Virus record (IMG/VR): IMGVR_UViG_3300027747_002221 | Span: 124,001-188,000 of that record | Length of the DNA stretch: 64,000 nucleotides | Reading direction: 5' to 3' (one strand) | Shown here: positions 53,825 to 62,008 of the stretch, piece after piece | How the letters are laid out: the number at the start of each line of letters is the position of its first letter | Numbering within the stretch: position 1 is the stretch's first letter | The notes under the pieces: generated by a model | What the model saw: only the letters and a program-made list of their open reading frames with translations | Databases searched by the model: none | What the model was told of the DNA's origin: nothing | Made by a program: the position numbers and the translations under genes

Positions 53825-53884
53825 CTACCTAAATGTAATTGTTCCAGATTGCCAGAATCTGAAAATGATGTTTTGCGTTTGCAT
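53825..53884 (-). pseudogene. Orphan C-terminal remnant of a glycine-rich paralog (19 codons)
   Basis: MQTQNIIFRFWQSGTITFR, versus NIIYRFWQSGTIIFN at the end of 54824..55774. Confidence 0.8.
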
Positions 53885-53888
53885 AAAT

Positions 53889-54815
53889 TTATCCAACGAA
53901 TCTTATTGTGCCAGGACCAGTAAATGTATAATATACATTGCCATCTAAAGTAGTAACAGTATTACTACCTGTAATATTAGATGTTGCGGTAAAGTACGAA
54001 GGATGTGCAAAAATAACTACCCCTGATCCTCCAGATCCTCCGGCAGTGGCTCCACCTGCCGGATGGGAACCTGCGCCGCCACCGCCCCCAGTATTTACGT
54101 TGCCTGCAAGAGCAAGGAATGTTGTTCCCGGAGGATTTGCGCCGGATCCTCGACCGCCGCCGCCTAAACCACCAGGAGAAGGTGATAGGTTAGCAAAATT
54201 ATAATCTTGCCCACCTCCTCCTCCGCCTGCATAGTAATTACCATTTATCCATGCATTACCGTCACCACCTTGACCTTGCAAGGGACCTGTTCTTCCTGCA
54301 GTACCAGCACCACCGCCCCCACCTCCAGTTTGTCCAAGGGGTGGTCTTGAATTTGCAATTCCGCCAGGATTTCCTTGTCCAGCTGTACCTGCACCTCCAG
54401 TATTAGCTGGTCCTGAGTTGCCAGATGGATTTGCTGCTCCGCCACCCGATCCGCCAGATAGTCCATTAAAGTTAACGCCATCATTTGTACCGCCACCACC
54501 ACCACCTACGGCAATAAGATTTGCACTAAATGCTGCAGAAGATAGGGTTGACGGGGTGCCACTTGCACCTGCTGCACCGCCCCCAGCACCCCCGCCCCCC
54601 AGTGTAAAATTAAAACTATACGAAGATAAGGTGGGCACCACAATACTATTGGCAATATAGCCTCCAGCACCGCCGCCTCCAGCATAAAATGCCCCGCCGC
54701 CGCCACCCCCGCCTGCTACTAATAGATAACTTAATGTAAAGGGTGGTGGTGGCGGAGGTGGAGGGGTAAGGGTAAGCCCTGAAAATATTACACCGCCGCT
54801 AATTGTTAATGCCAT
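53889..54815 (-). CDS. Glycine-rich adhesin-like protein 5
   Basis: Close paralog of 50751..51695. Confidence 0.75.
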   Translation of the reverse strand: MALTISGGVIFSGLTLTPPPPPPPPFTLSYLLVAGGGGGGGAFYAGGGGAGGYIANSIVVPTLSSYSFNFTLGGGGAGGGAAGASGTPSTLSSAAFSANLIAVGGGGGGTNDGVNFNGLSGGSGGGAANPSGNSGPANTGGAGTAGQGNPGGIANSRPPLGQTGGGGGGAGTAGRTGPLQGQGGDGNAWINGNYYAGGGGGGQDYNFANLSPSPGGLGGGGRGSGANPPGTTFLALAGNVNTGGGGGAGSHPAGGATAGGSGGSGVVIFAHPSYFTATSNITGSNTVTTLDGNVYYTFTGPGTIRFVG

Positions 54816-54823
54816 ATTGTTTC

Positions 54824-55774
54824 CTAATTAAAAATAATTGTTCCGGATTGCCAGAATCTGTAGATGATGTTGGCATTGGCATAGGTTACGTTTGGTGAAC
54901 CTGTGGTTGTTGCAGTTGCAAATGTATTTGGATAACGAATAAACGCAATACCAGAACCACCAGCAACACCATTAATAAATGGTGATCCGCTTGGGGAGGT
55001 TCCTCCACCGCCTGCACCACCTCCAGTATTTACGGTACCTACAGTACCCAAACCTGAGCCCACCGCCCCTGCGCCACCGCCACCTAAACCGCCTGTGCCT
55101 GCAGTTCCTCTACCGTTCCATGTGCCGCCACCACCACCGCCAGCATAATACACATTAGCACCTGTTATTGTAGAGGGTGATCCGTCTCCGCCTGAACCAG
55201 CACCACCAGCTCCGCCAGATCCACCAACTGCTCCTGCACCACCTCCACCCCCACCTCCATAATTATTACCAGGTGAACCCGACCCACCAGGATTGCCTTG
55301 TCCAGGCGTCCCTGTTCCGGCAGCACCTGCCGTTGGAGCAGGACCATAGCCTCCACCTCCACCTGATCCTCCAGGTTTTCCTGCATAACCAGTAGCAGAA
55401 GTTATACCGCCACCGCCACCGCCGCCAATGGCAATTACATTTGATGCATAGGATGCTGCAGTTATCGAAGTATTTGCGCCATTTGCACCTGCAAGAGTAG
55501 CTTCTACGTTAGCAGAACCTATACCTCCAGCACCACCTGCGCCAACTGTTATTGTATATAACGTACCGGGAGTGACTGCCAATGCACTATTGGTTATTAA
55601 TCCTCCTGCGCCAGCTCCAGCAACACCACCATCATTACCAACAGTGGCCCCTGAACCACCGCCCCCCGCAACAACTAAATATTGTACTGAACTAAGTGGG
55701 ACAGGTGGAGGTGGTTCAGATGCATATAACGCGCCGCCTACTAATGCCATTCCGCCTGTGATTGTAATTGACAT
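54824..55774 (-). CDS. Glycine-rich adhesin-like protein 6
   Basis: Same scaffold; ends RFWQSGTIIFN. Confidence 0.75.
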   Translation of the reverse strand: MSITITGGMALVGGALYASEPPPPVPLSSVQYLVVAGGGGSGATVGNDGGVAGAGAGGLITNSALAVTPGTLYTITVGAGGAGGIGSANVEATLAGANGANTSITAASYASNVIAIGGGGGGGITSATGYAGKPGGSGGGGGYGPAPTAGAAGTGTPGQGNPGGSGSPGNNYGGGGGGGAGAVGGSGGAGGAGSGGDGSPSTITGANVYYAGGGGGGTWNGRGTAGTGGLGGGGAGAVGSGLGTVGTVNTGGGAGGGGTSPSGSPFINGVAGGSGIAFIRYPNTFATATTTGSPNVTYANANIIYRFWQSGTIIFN

Positions 55775-55783
55775 ATTATGTTC

Positions 55784-56701
55784 CTAACTAAATGTGATTG
55801 TTCCTGAGCTATAGAAGTTGTATACAACATTTCCACCTGAAGATGTTACAACTACATTAGCTCCTGTGGTATTTGCAGCAGAATATGCAGAAGGATGACG
55901 CAAAACAACTAATCCAGACCCGCCGGTTGCTCCCACCCCTCCATACGAACTAGCCCAACCGCCACCGCCACCGCCACCACCAGTATTAGTATTACCATCT
56001 ATGCCGGCATTATTACTGAAATTACCAGCGCCACCGCCGCCTGTGCCACCTGTACCTTGTGTACCTGGTCCATTTCTAGTTCCGCCTCCACCGCCGCCTG
56101 CGTAATTTAATCCAGTTATACTAGATGATGTGCCAGCTCCACCATTACCAGCAACACCCGGTGTTATCCCATTTGCATTTACACCTGCAGAAGCAGAGCC
56201 ACCGCCACCGCCACCCAAATACGCGGGTGAAGTAGTGCCTGTGCCGCCTGCGTATCCTTCTACCGGACTATAACTGCCTTCATTTCCTGTGCCTCCTAAT
56301 GGGTGTCCTCCAGAACCACCTCCGCCGGATCCGCCATTTTGTCCCGGAAGCGTACCTGGCCCTTGATCTGCGCCGACCCCGCCACCTCCGCCAGTAGTGG
56401 AAATACTAACCACACCGCCTATTAATGATGAATTGGCGCCTTTGCCGCCCTGTTGAAGAGCACCGGCATTGGCCTGCCCTGCAGAACCTCCGCTGCCAAC
56501 AGTAATAGTATATGGGGTGCCTGGGGCAATAGTTACGGTAGATTGTCTTAATCCTCCAGCACCACCGCCTCCCCCGCTATTACCGGCACCTCCGCCCCCA
56601 CCTGCAACTATTAGATAATCTATTAAACTAAGTGGGGGAAGCGGCACAAATACGGATAGCCCGTTTGATATTGCCACTCCGCCTGTGAATATAACTGGCA
56701 T
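55784..56701 (-). CDS. Glycine-rich adhesin-like protein 7
   Basis: C-terminus closely matches 46400..47296. Confidence 0.75.
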   Translation of the reverse strand: MPVIFTGGVAISNGLSVFVPLPPLSLIDYLIVAGGGGGAGNSGGGGGAGGLRQSTVTIAPGTPYTITVGSGGSAGQANAGALQQGGKGANSSLIGGVVSISTTGGGGGVGADQGPGTLPGQNGGSGGGGSGGHPLGGTGNEGSYSPVEGYAGGTGTTSPAYLGGGGGGSASAGVNANGITPGVAGNGGAGTSSSITGLNYAGGGGGGTRNGPGTQGTGGTGGGGAGNFSNNAGIDGNTNTGGGGGGGGWASSYGGVGATGGSGLVVLRHPSAYSAANTTGANVVVTSSGGNVVYNFYSSGTITFS

Positions 56702-56702
56702 A

Positions 56703-57107
56703 TTATTTTCCTATTTTTATATGCGTTCTATGTACTCTGCATTGTATTTGGCCATTATAATAATCTTCAGTTTCCAATACTCTGCGATCCATTTGTTCTC
56801 TTGCCTCAAGATAATTACAAGATCCCTTATTGGGACAAATATGTAATATCTCTCTTATAAATTTATCTGTTCCAACTGTCTCTACATCCTTTTTAACTTC
56901 TTCGGATGAGGACCAATAATCTCGCCAATCTGATTCGACCTTTATACGCTTCTTTTTGCCCTTAACCTGTTTAGTTTTACGAAACCAAAAAAGTTTTTTA
57001 CCTATGTATTTCCGTCCAGTAACAGTATTTGTAATCAAATATACATAACCATACGCAGTTTCTGGTATTTCCTCAAAGGGAATATTATTATAAAGCCACA
57101 TAAACAC
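56703..57107 (-). CDS. GIY-YIG nuclease (Seg-like, short)
   Basis: YGYVYLITNTVTGRKYIGKK...WRDYWSS...REILH. Confidence 0.82.
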   Translation of the reverse strand: MFMWLYNNIPFEEIPETAYGYVYLITNTVTGRKYIGKKLFWFRKTKQVKGKKKRIKVESDWRDYWSSSEEVKKDVETVGTDKFIREILHICPNKGSCNYLEAREQMDRRVLETEDYYNGQIQCRVHRTHIKIGK

Positions 57108-57123
57108 CTATCTAAATAAGTAT

Positions 57124-57492
57124 TTATTGTTCTATAATTTCCCATATATCTCCATCTTCGGAGTATCTGTCGGTATCCACACGGGGTGGGACTATGAAAT
57201 AGTCCTCAGGATCCGTCATTACATCCTCGAGTCGCTCGGTTGCCAAACCTTTGCCCATTGTGCCAGTCTTAATGAACATGGATGTCTGTACAGATTTCTT
57301 ATATCTGTGATATTCTGACTCATCCCGAGCCATATAATCTTTTTGCTTTTCAGAGAATACTTGTTTCTGTTCCTCCGACCATTGCCTTGAATTGGCACAA
57401 GCCCGGGTGCAAAATTTACCGGGCTTGTTGTGTTGTATCCCACACTTAGGACAGGTCTTCGTCGTCGTTGTCGAGATCTTCGTATTGCTCAT
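57124..57492 (-). CDS. Hypothetical zinc-finger protein
   Basis: CPKC...FCTRACAN. Confidence 0.6.
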   Translation of the reverse strand: MSNTKISTTTTKTCPKCGIQHNKPGKFCTRACANSRQWSEEQKQVFSEKQKDYMARDESEYHRYKKSVQTSMFIKTGTMGKGLATERLEDVMTDPEDYFIVPPRVDTDRYSEDGDIWEIIEQ

Positions 57493-57625
57493 CTATTTGA
57501 TCTTCATCTATAGTGGCACCGCAGAATGGACAAAACCCTACATTATAATGACGTTCGTCAAGATCATGTTTTATCTTGAAGACGGCATCACATTCGATGC
57601 ACTCGTGGTGTTTATTTTTTGCCAT
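57446..57625 (-). CDS. Small zinc-ribbon protein with acidic tail (59 aa)
   Basis: Manual: MAKNKHHECIECDAVF...FCPFCGATIDEDQ... Confidence 0.65.
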   Translation of the reverse strand: MAKNKHHECIECDAVFKIKHDLDERHYNVGFCPFCGATIDEDQIDEQYEDLDNDDEDLS

Positions 57626-58065
57626 GTGTCGATTCCTCTCTTCTTTGCTTCAGTTTCAAATACTCTTGTTCTTAGATCTGATGAACTAAAGTAATGATCT
57701 CGCTTGTTAAAATAAATGTCAATTTTTCTTTTCTCACAGATAACTTTGCCTGTGTACTCAGTATCTCTATACTCTTCACCCAAGATACGAACATCAATAG
57801 GTAAAGACATAAAGATATCTTCAAGTTCTTTTTCTGTAGAATATACAATAATCTCATCGACGTGTTTACAAGCTGCAACTTGTATTTGTCGTTCGATTAT
57901 GGATTGTACGGGTTTGTTTTTACTTAACCTGTCGATTGTTGGGTCGACTTGGATTGCTGCGATTAAATGATCGCATTGTCTTTTTGCCTCTTCAAGCATG
58001 ATAACATGACCAGCATGAAAGAGATCAAAAGTACTGCAAGTAATTCCTATAATTTTATTACTCAT
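57571..58065 (-). CDS. Glycerol-3-phosphate cytidylyltransferase-like (TagD family)
   Basis: STFDLFHAGH, QVDPTIDR..KNKPVQSIIER, RDHYFSSSDLR. Confidence 0.88.
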   Translation of the reverse strand: MSNKIIGITCSTFDLFHAGHVIMLEEAKRQCDHLIAAIQVDPTIDRLSKNKPVQSIIERQIQVAACKHVDEIIVYSTEKELEDIFMSLPIDVRILGEEYRDTEYTGKVICEKRKIDIYFNKRDHYFSSSDLRTRVFETEAKKRGIDTWQKINTTSASNVMPSSR

Positions 58066-58529
58066 ATTTGCTCCACTTCAATTTTACATTGATTTAAAAA
58101 TTCTATACCATTAGTATTTCTATAAGGGGTACGATAGAATACTTTATTTATACCTGCCACATGAATCATTTTACTACATTCAAAACAAGGTGCATGGGTA
58201 ATATACATTGTAGCGCCCTCGCCTGATTCTGTCGAACGAGCTAATTTACCTATAGCATTTGACTCAGCATGAATTACCTCAGCTTTAGTCTTTAATGTAT
58301 AGTTTGCACCTTCGTATTCTTCGATGGATTGACCGACACCATAAGTAAAAGTTTCTCGTATTACATCTTCACAGTTGTTATCCCATCCCGCAGGAGTACC
58401 ATTATAACCTATAGATATAACCCTATCATCTTTAGTTATAATAGCACCAACCTTTAATCTTCTCGCATAAGATAGATCTGCATATGCCTCCGCAGCCGTC
58501 ATATGTGCATAATCAATTTTCTTCGGCAT
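58062..58529 (-). CDS. cd: dCMP deaminase
   Basis: ISIGYNGTP, HAESNAI, THAPCFECSK. Confidence 0.93.
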   Translation of the reverse strand: MPKKIDYAHMTAAEAYADLSYARRLKVGAIITKDDRVISIGYNGTPAGWDNNCEDVIRETFTYGVGQSIEEYEGANYTLKTKAEVIHAESNAIGKLARSTESGEGATMYITHAPCFECSKMIHVAGINKVFYRTPYRNTNGIEFLNQCKIEVEQI

Positions 58530-58695
58530 TCCATTTACCTTCAGGGCATTTTTCCCATTTAATTAATGTCTTGCCCCATATGGCGCAACCGCACGAATCA
58601 CAAAATTTTGCACCAATAATAATTTTTTTATGTTCACACGTATCACAAATTTGTCTGCGAACTATTACGTAGTTTGTTTTTTTATCGGAATCCAT
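58513..58695 (-). CDS. Small Cys-rich protein
   Basis: ICDTC...CDSCGC...KCPEGKW. Confidence 0.65.
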   Translation of the reverse strand: MDSDKKTNYVIVRRQICDTCEHKKIIIGAKFCDSCGCAIWGKTLIKWEKCPEGKWNAEEN

Positions 58696-58883
58696 TTTTT
58701 ACACCAATAATTAGGTTTCACCTTAGCATCCCAGGTTTTACAATATTTTGTTCCTGGTACATATGCCCCACAATTTGCGCAATTTTCTTTACTATTACCT
58801 AAAGCATATGCAGGAGGTAATTTTTTATTAATTAAAGTACCATCAGGATACTTTCTTTCTCTTATCTCATCAAAATTTTTCAT
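58665..58883 (-). CDS. HiPIP-like small Fe-S protein
   Basis: Y...ENCANC...YC..W...V..NYWCKKW four-Cys pattern; start MKNFDE. Confidence 0.5.
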   Translation of the reverse strand: MKNFDEIRERKYPDGTLINKKLPPAYALGNSKENCANCGAYVPGTKYCKTWDAKVKPNYWCKKWIPIKKQTT

Positions 58884-59863
58884 GCAGCCTTTCCCCACAC
58901 ATCATGCCAGTTTCCTGACAAGGCACCTTTTGCGTAGTCTGTTGCTCTGTTTTCAAAGAAATTAGTATGCGTTGGAGCATTGATCATTTCTTCAACCCAT
59001 GGTAAAGGATTCTTTTTACGCTTAAAGATGCCTTTTAGTCCAAGACTAATTAGACGTCTGTCAGCAATGTAACGAATATATTCCTTTACGTCGTTCTCTG
59101 TTAACCCTTCGATAGCGCCAGATTTGAAAGACAGTTCAATAAACTTATCTTCAAGACTAACCATCTTCTCCGCAATCGAGTAGATCTTTTCTTTGAGAGT
59201 ATCATTCCATATCTCCTTATTTTCTTCGATGTAGTTACGGAATAATTTAATCATGCCCTCGGCGTGTTGTGTCTCATCAACAATAGACCAAGTAACAATT
59301 TGTCCCATACCGCGCATCTTACCCATACGAGGGAAGTTAAGTAACATAATAAAGGAACTGAATAGTTGCATACCTTCAGTAAATGCGCTGAACACCGCAA
59401 TATGTTCTGCGGTTGAAGCAATCGTACCATTCTTAGATGAAATATCAAGAACAAAGTCATGCTTATCTTTCATTTCTTGATATTCTAGAAATTGATTGTA
59501 AGTTGTTTCTGGTAATCCTAGTGTCTCAATTAAATGAGAATATGCCGCAATATGTAATGCCTCACGGGCTGCAAAACCCATAAGCATCATTCTTATTTCA
59601 GGTTGCGGAAAGTAAGGTAGATAATTTTTGACATATCCACCAGCGACATCAATATCTCCCTGAGTAAAGAATCGGAAGATGTGCGTAAGGAATTGTTTTT
59701 CTTCATTTGATAATTTCTTTTTCCAATCTTTAACATCCTCATGCATGGGTACTTCGGTATGTAACCAATGGCTTTGTTCATGTTTTAACCATGCATCATA
59801 TGCCCAGGGGTAATTAAAGGGTTTAAACGAATTTCTATCATCCGTCATTTTTGTCTTTTTCAT
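58880..59863 (-). CDS. nrdB: Ribonucleotide reductase class Ia beta subunit
   Basis: FFTQGDIDV, EALHIAAYS (E-x-x-H, radical Tyr), EGMQLFSSF, DETQH, NFFE. Confidence 0.96.
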   Translation of the reverse strand: MKKTKMTDDRNSFKPFNYPWAYDAWLKHEQSHWLHTEVPMHEDVKDWKKKLSNEEKQFLTHIFRFFTQGDIDVAGGYVKNYLPYFPQPEIRMMLMGFAAREALHIAAYSHLIETLGLPETTYNQFLEYQEMKDKHDFVLDISSKNGTIASTAEHIAVFSAFTEGMQLFSSFIMLLNFPRMGKMRGMGQIVTWSIVDETQHAEGMIKLFRNYIEENKEIWNDTLKEKIYSIAEKMVSLEDKFIELSFKSGAIEGLTENDVKEYIRYIADRRLISLGLKGIFKRKKNPLPWVEEMINAPTHTNFFENRATDYAKGALSGNWHDVWGKAA

Positions 59864-59878
59864 TTTTGCCTATTCTTT

Positions 59879-60202
59879 TTATACAGAAAAACTACTACCA
59901 CAACCACAGGTTGTTTCCGCATTTGGATTTTTTATAACAAACTGTGAGCCTTGTATATCTTCTTTGTAATCTATGCTTGCACCTTGTAGATACTGCATGC
60001 TCATAGCATCTATTAATATTTTAGTTTTTTCGAGAGGTATTTCAAAATCATCCTCATTCATTACCTCATCAAATGTAAACCCATAGCTCATTCCACTACA
60101 ACCACCACCTTGTACAAATGTCCTTAAACATAAATCGGGATTACCCTCTTCTATAAAAAGATCTAAAATTTTTGTCTTTGCTGATTCTGTTATGGTTATC
60201 AT
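59879..60202 (-). CDS. erpA: A-type Fe-S carrier, ErpA-like
   Basis: [21 protein letters not shown]...[18 protein letters not shown]. Confidence 0.85.
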   Translation of the reverse strand: MITITESAKTKILDLFIEEGNPDLCLRTFVQGGGCSGMSYGFTFDEVMNEDDFEIPLEKTKILIDAMSMQYLQGASIDYKEDIQGSQFVIKNPNAETTCGCGSSFSV

Positions 60203-60834
60203 TTTTGTCCCTCGTACATTACTGTGTTAGTTTCGCCGAGTGCCCATTTTGAATCCGTTTCAACTGACCATTTCTTTGTTGCAACTTTAAAGTCTGGGTA
60301 TTTTAGTTCTTTTGGATTACTACTTGGTTCTAATATGATTAAACGATTATTTGGCTGAGCAGCAAACTGACCATTATCACACTGGATGAAATTATAAGAC
60401 TTGTGATCCTCGACATCCTCGCTAAAACCTGTATCAAGTGTGTTAAAATCAGGATGAGCACTATCAACTGTAAAAAGATAAACACCATACATCCAATCTC
60501 CATTTTTTAATTTAAACTTACACTTCATTGATTGTAACTGTGCTTTCTTTATAACAGCTATATCATATGAAAGGCAATCCCACAACTGAAGATAATCTAA
60601 AGGTAGAGGTTCTCCCTCAATTGGTTTCCAACAATATGCATGCAGAGGTAATTTATCATACAATGCGCCATAATTATTTAGATATGATTCAATACGAAAT
60701 GCTTGGCCTCTTAGAGACTTAACACTAACCCACCAGCAAGGTTCAAGTTCTCCGTGACCTTTTTCAAAATCATAAAGAAATTCTTTGCGAACAAAACATT
60801 TTACTGTAGGAAGATTTGCTACGATATGTGCCAT
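60199..60834 (-). CDS. Conserved phage hypothetical protein
   Basis: 211 aa; [23 protein letters not shown]. Confidence 0.75.
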   Translation of the reverse strand: MAHIVANLPTVKCFVRKEFLYDFEKGHGELEPCWWVSVKSLRGQAFRIESYLNNYGALYDKLPLHAYCWKPIEGEPLPLDYLQLWDCLSYDIAVIKKAQLQSMKCKFKLKNGDWMYGVYLFTVDSAHPDFNTLDTGFSEDVEDHKSYNFIQCDNGQFAAQPNNRLIILEPSSNPKELKYPDFKVATKKWSVETDSKWALGETNTVMYEGQK

Positions 60835-61161
60835 TTATACCCTAAAACTTTCTCCGCAACCACAGCGGTCTCGTTCGTTTGGATTTTTAAAATCGAATCC
60901 CTCGTTTAGACCATTTCTAACCCAATCCATGGTCAATCCTTTCAGATATATATCACTTTTTATATCAACTAAAACTATAAAATCTTTATGTGCGTAATTA
61001 ATTACACCTACGGTTTCTTCATACTTATCCACATATTCAAGTGTATATGCCAATCCACTACAACCTGTAGTTTTTACGCCTAGTTTAATACCAACACCCT
61101 TACCCCGTTTCTGAAGTTGAGTTTTAATTTTATCATATGCTTTTTCAGTTAACGAGATCAT
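60835..61161 (-). CDS. iscA: A-type Fe-S carrier IscA
   Basis: RGKGVGIKLGVKTTGCSGLAY...GLNEGFDFKNPNERDRCGCGESF. Confidence 0.92.
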   Translation of the reverse strand: MISLTEKAYDKIKTQLQKRGKGVGIKLGVKTTGCSGLAYTLEYVDKYEETVGVINYAHKDFIVLVDIKSDIYLKGLTMDWVRNGLNEGFDFKNPNERDRCGCGESFRV

Positions 61162-61528
61162 GTTTCTTCTTATAGTCTAATACTGCAGCCTTTATAGCAT
61201 CTTCTGCTAAAATAGAACAATGTATTTTTACTGGCGGGAGAGCAAGTTCTTCAGCAATGGCACTATTTTTGATAGTGAATGCTTCATCCAATGTTTTCCC
61301 TTTGACCCATTCTGTAACGAGTGAACTAGAAGCGATTGCGGAACCACATCCATATGTCTTGAAGCGAGCATCTCTAATAATACCATCTTCTACCTTTATT
61401 TGTAGTTTCATGACGTCGCCACAAGCAGGTGCCCCCACCATACCTGTGCCGATTGTGTCGTCTGTCTCAAACTTGCCTACATTCCGAGGGTTTTCGTAAT
61501 GATCGATTACCTTATCTGAGTAGGCCAT
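61145..61528 (-). CDS. iscU: Fe-S scaffold IscU
   Basis: MAYSDKVIDHYENPRNVG, GAPACGDVM, FKTYGCGSAIASSS, LPPVKIHCS. Confidence 0.96.
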   Translation of the reverse strand: MAYSDKVIDHYENPRNVGKFETDDTIGTGMVGAPACGDVMKLQIKVEDGIIRDARFKTYGCGSAIASSSLVTEWVKGKTLDEAFTIKNSAIAEELALPPVKIHCSILAEDAIKAAVLDYKKKHDLVN

Positions 61529-61531
61529 ATA

Positions 61532-61780
61532 TTACCAAGTTACTTCGCCGCTAGAAATCTTTCTTAGGCCCATATTAATAGCACCCATTAAAAGCATTTG
61601 ATATTCCGCAGGAACTACAAAGCCATAATTTGTTTGTACTATTACTAATACACCTGCTACAATATTAGCCCAGAAAGTTTTACTATAGTACCACTTTTTG
61701 CCTGTTGCTTCGCTTACCATTGCTTCGTTAACTGCTTCAATAATTTTTTCGTTAACTACTGTTTCTTTTTTCGTTGCCAT
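61532..61780 (-). CDS. Small membrane protein (holin-like)
   Basis: KKWYYSKTFWAN followed by two hydrophobic segments. Confidence 0.5.
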   Translation of the reverse strand: MATKKETVVNEKIIEAVNEAMVSEATGKKWYYSKTFWANIVAGVLVIVQTNYGFVVPAEYQMLLMGAINMGLRKISSGEVTW

Positions 61781-61838
61781 TTTATTTCCTTATTTTTAGA
61801 TGTTTACCGCCGCATAATGGGCATTCTTCTTACATAAT

Positions 61839-62006
61839 TTAATTATTTCCCTTGACAATATTATCGTCTTTATCTCGGCATTCCGCGCATTCGCACTTAT
61901 TACAAGAACAAGGGTTAGAAGGGCAGGAGCCCTGACAATGAGCGTCGTGTCCACACCTTTGGCATGTGTATCTGACGTATTGTTCATGTAAAAATGGTGT
62001 TTGCAT
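61839..62006 (-). CDS. Small Cys/His-rich protein (55 aa)
   Basis: CQRCGHDAHCQGSCPSNPCSCNKCECAEC. Confidence 0.6.
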   Translation of the reverse strand: MQTPFLHEQYVRYTCQRCGHDAHCQGSCPSNPCSCNKCECAECRDKDDNIVKGNN

Positions 62007-62008
62007 AT

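Noticed and set aside
50800-55787. Long Pro/Ala-rich plus-strand ORFs and alternate-frame minus ORFs in the ORF track
   Set aside because: They are shadows of GGN-rich glycine codons and have no SD or promoter support.
46400-56701. Diversity-generating retroelement or invertible shufflon driving the adhesin array
   Set aside because: No reverse transcriptase, no TR/VR pair differing only at adenines, no recombinase, and all genes are in one orientation.
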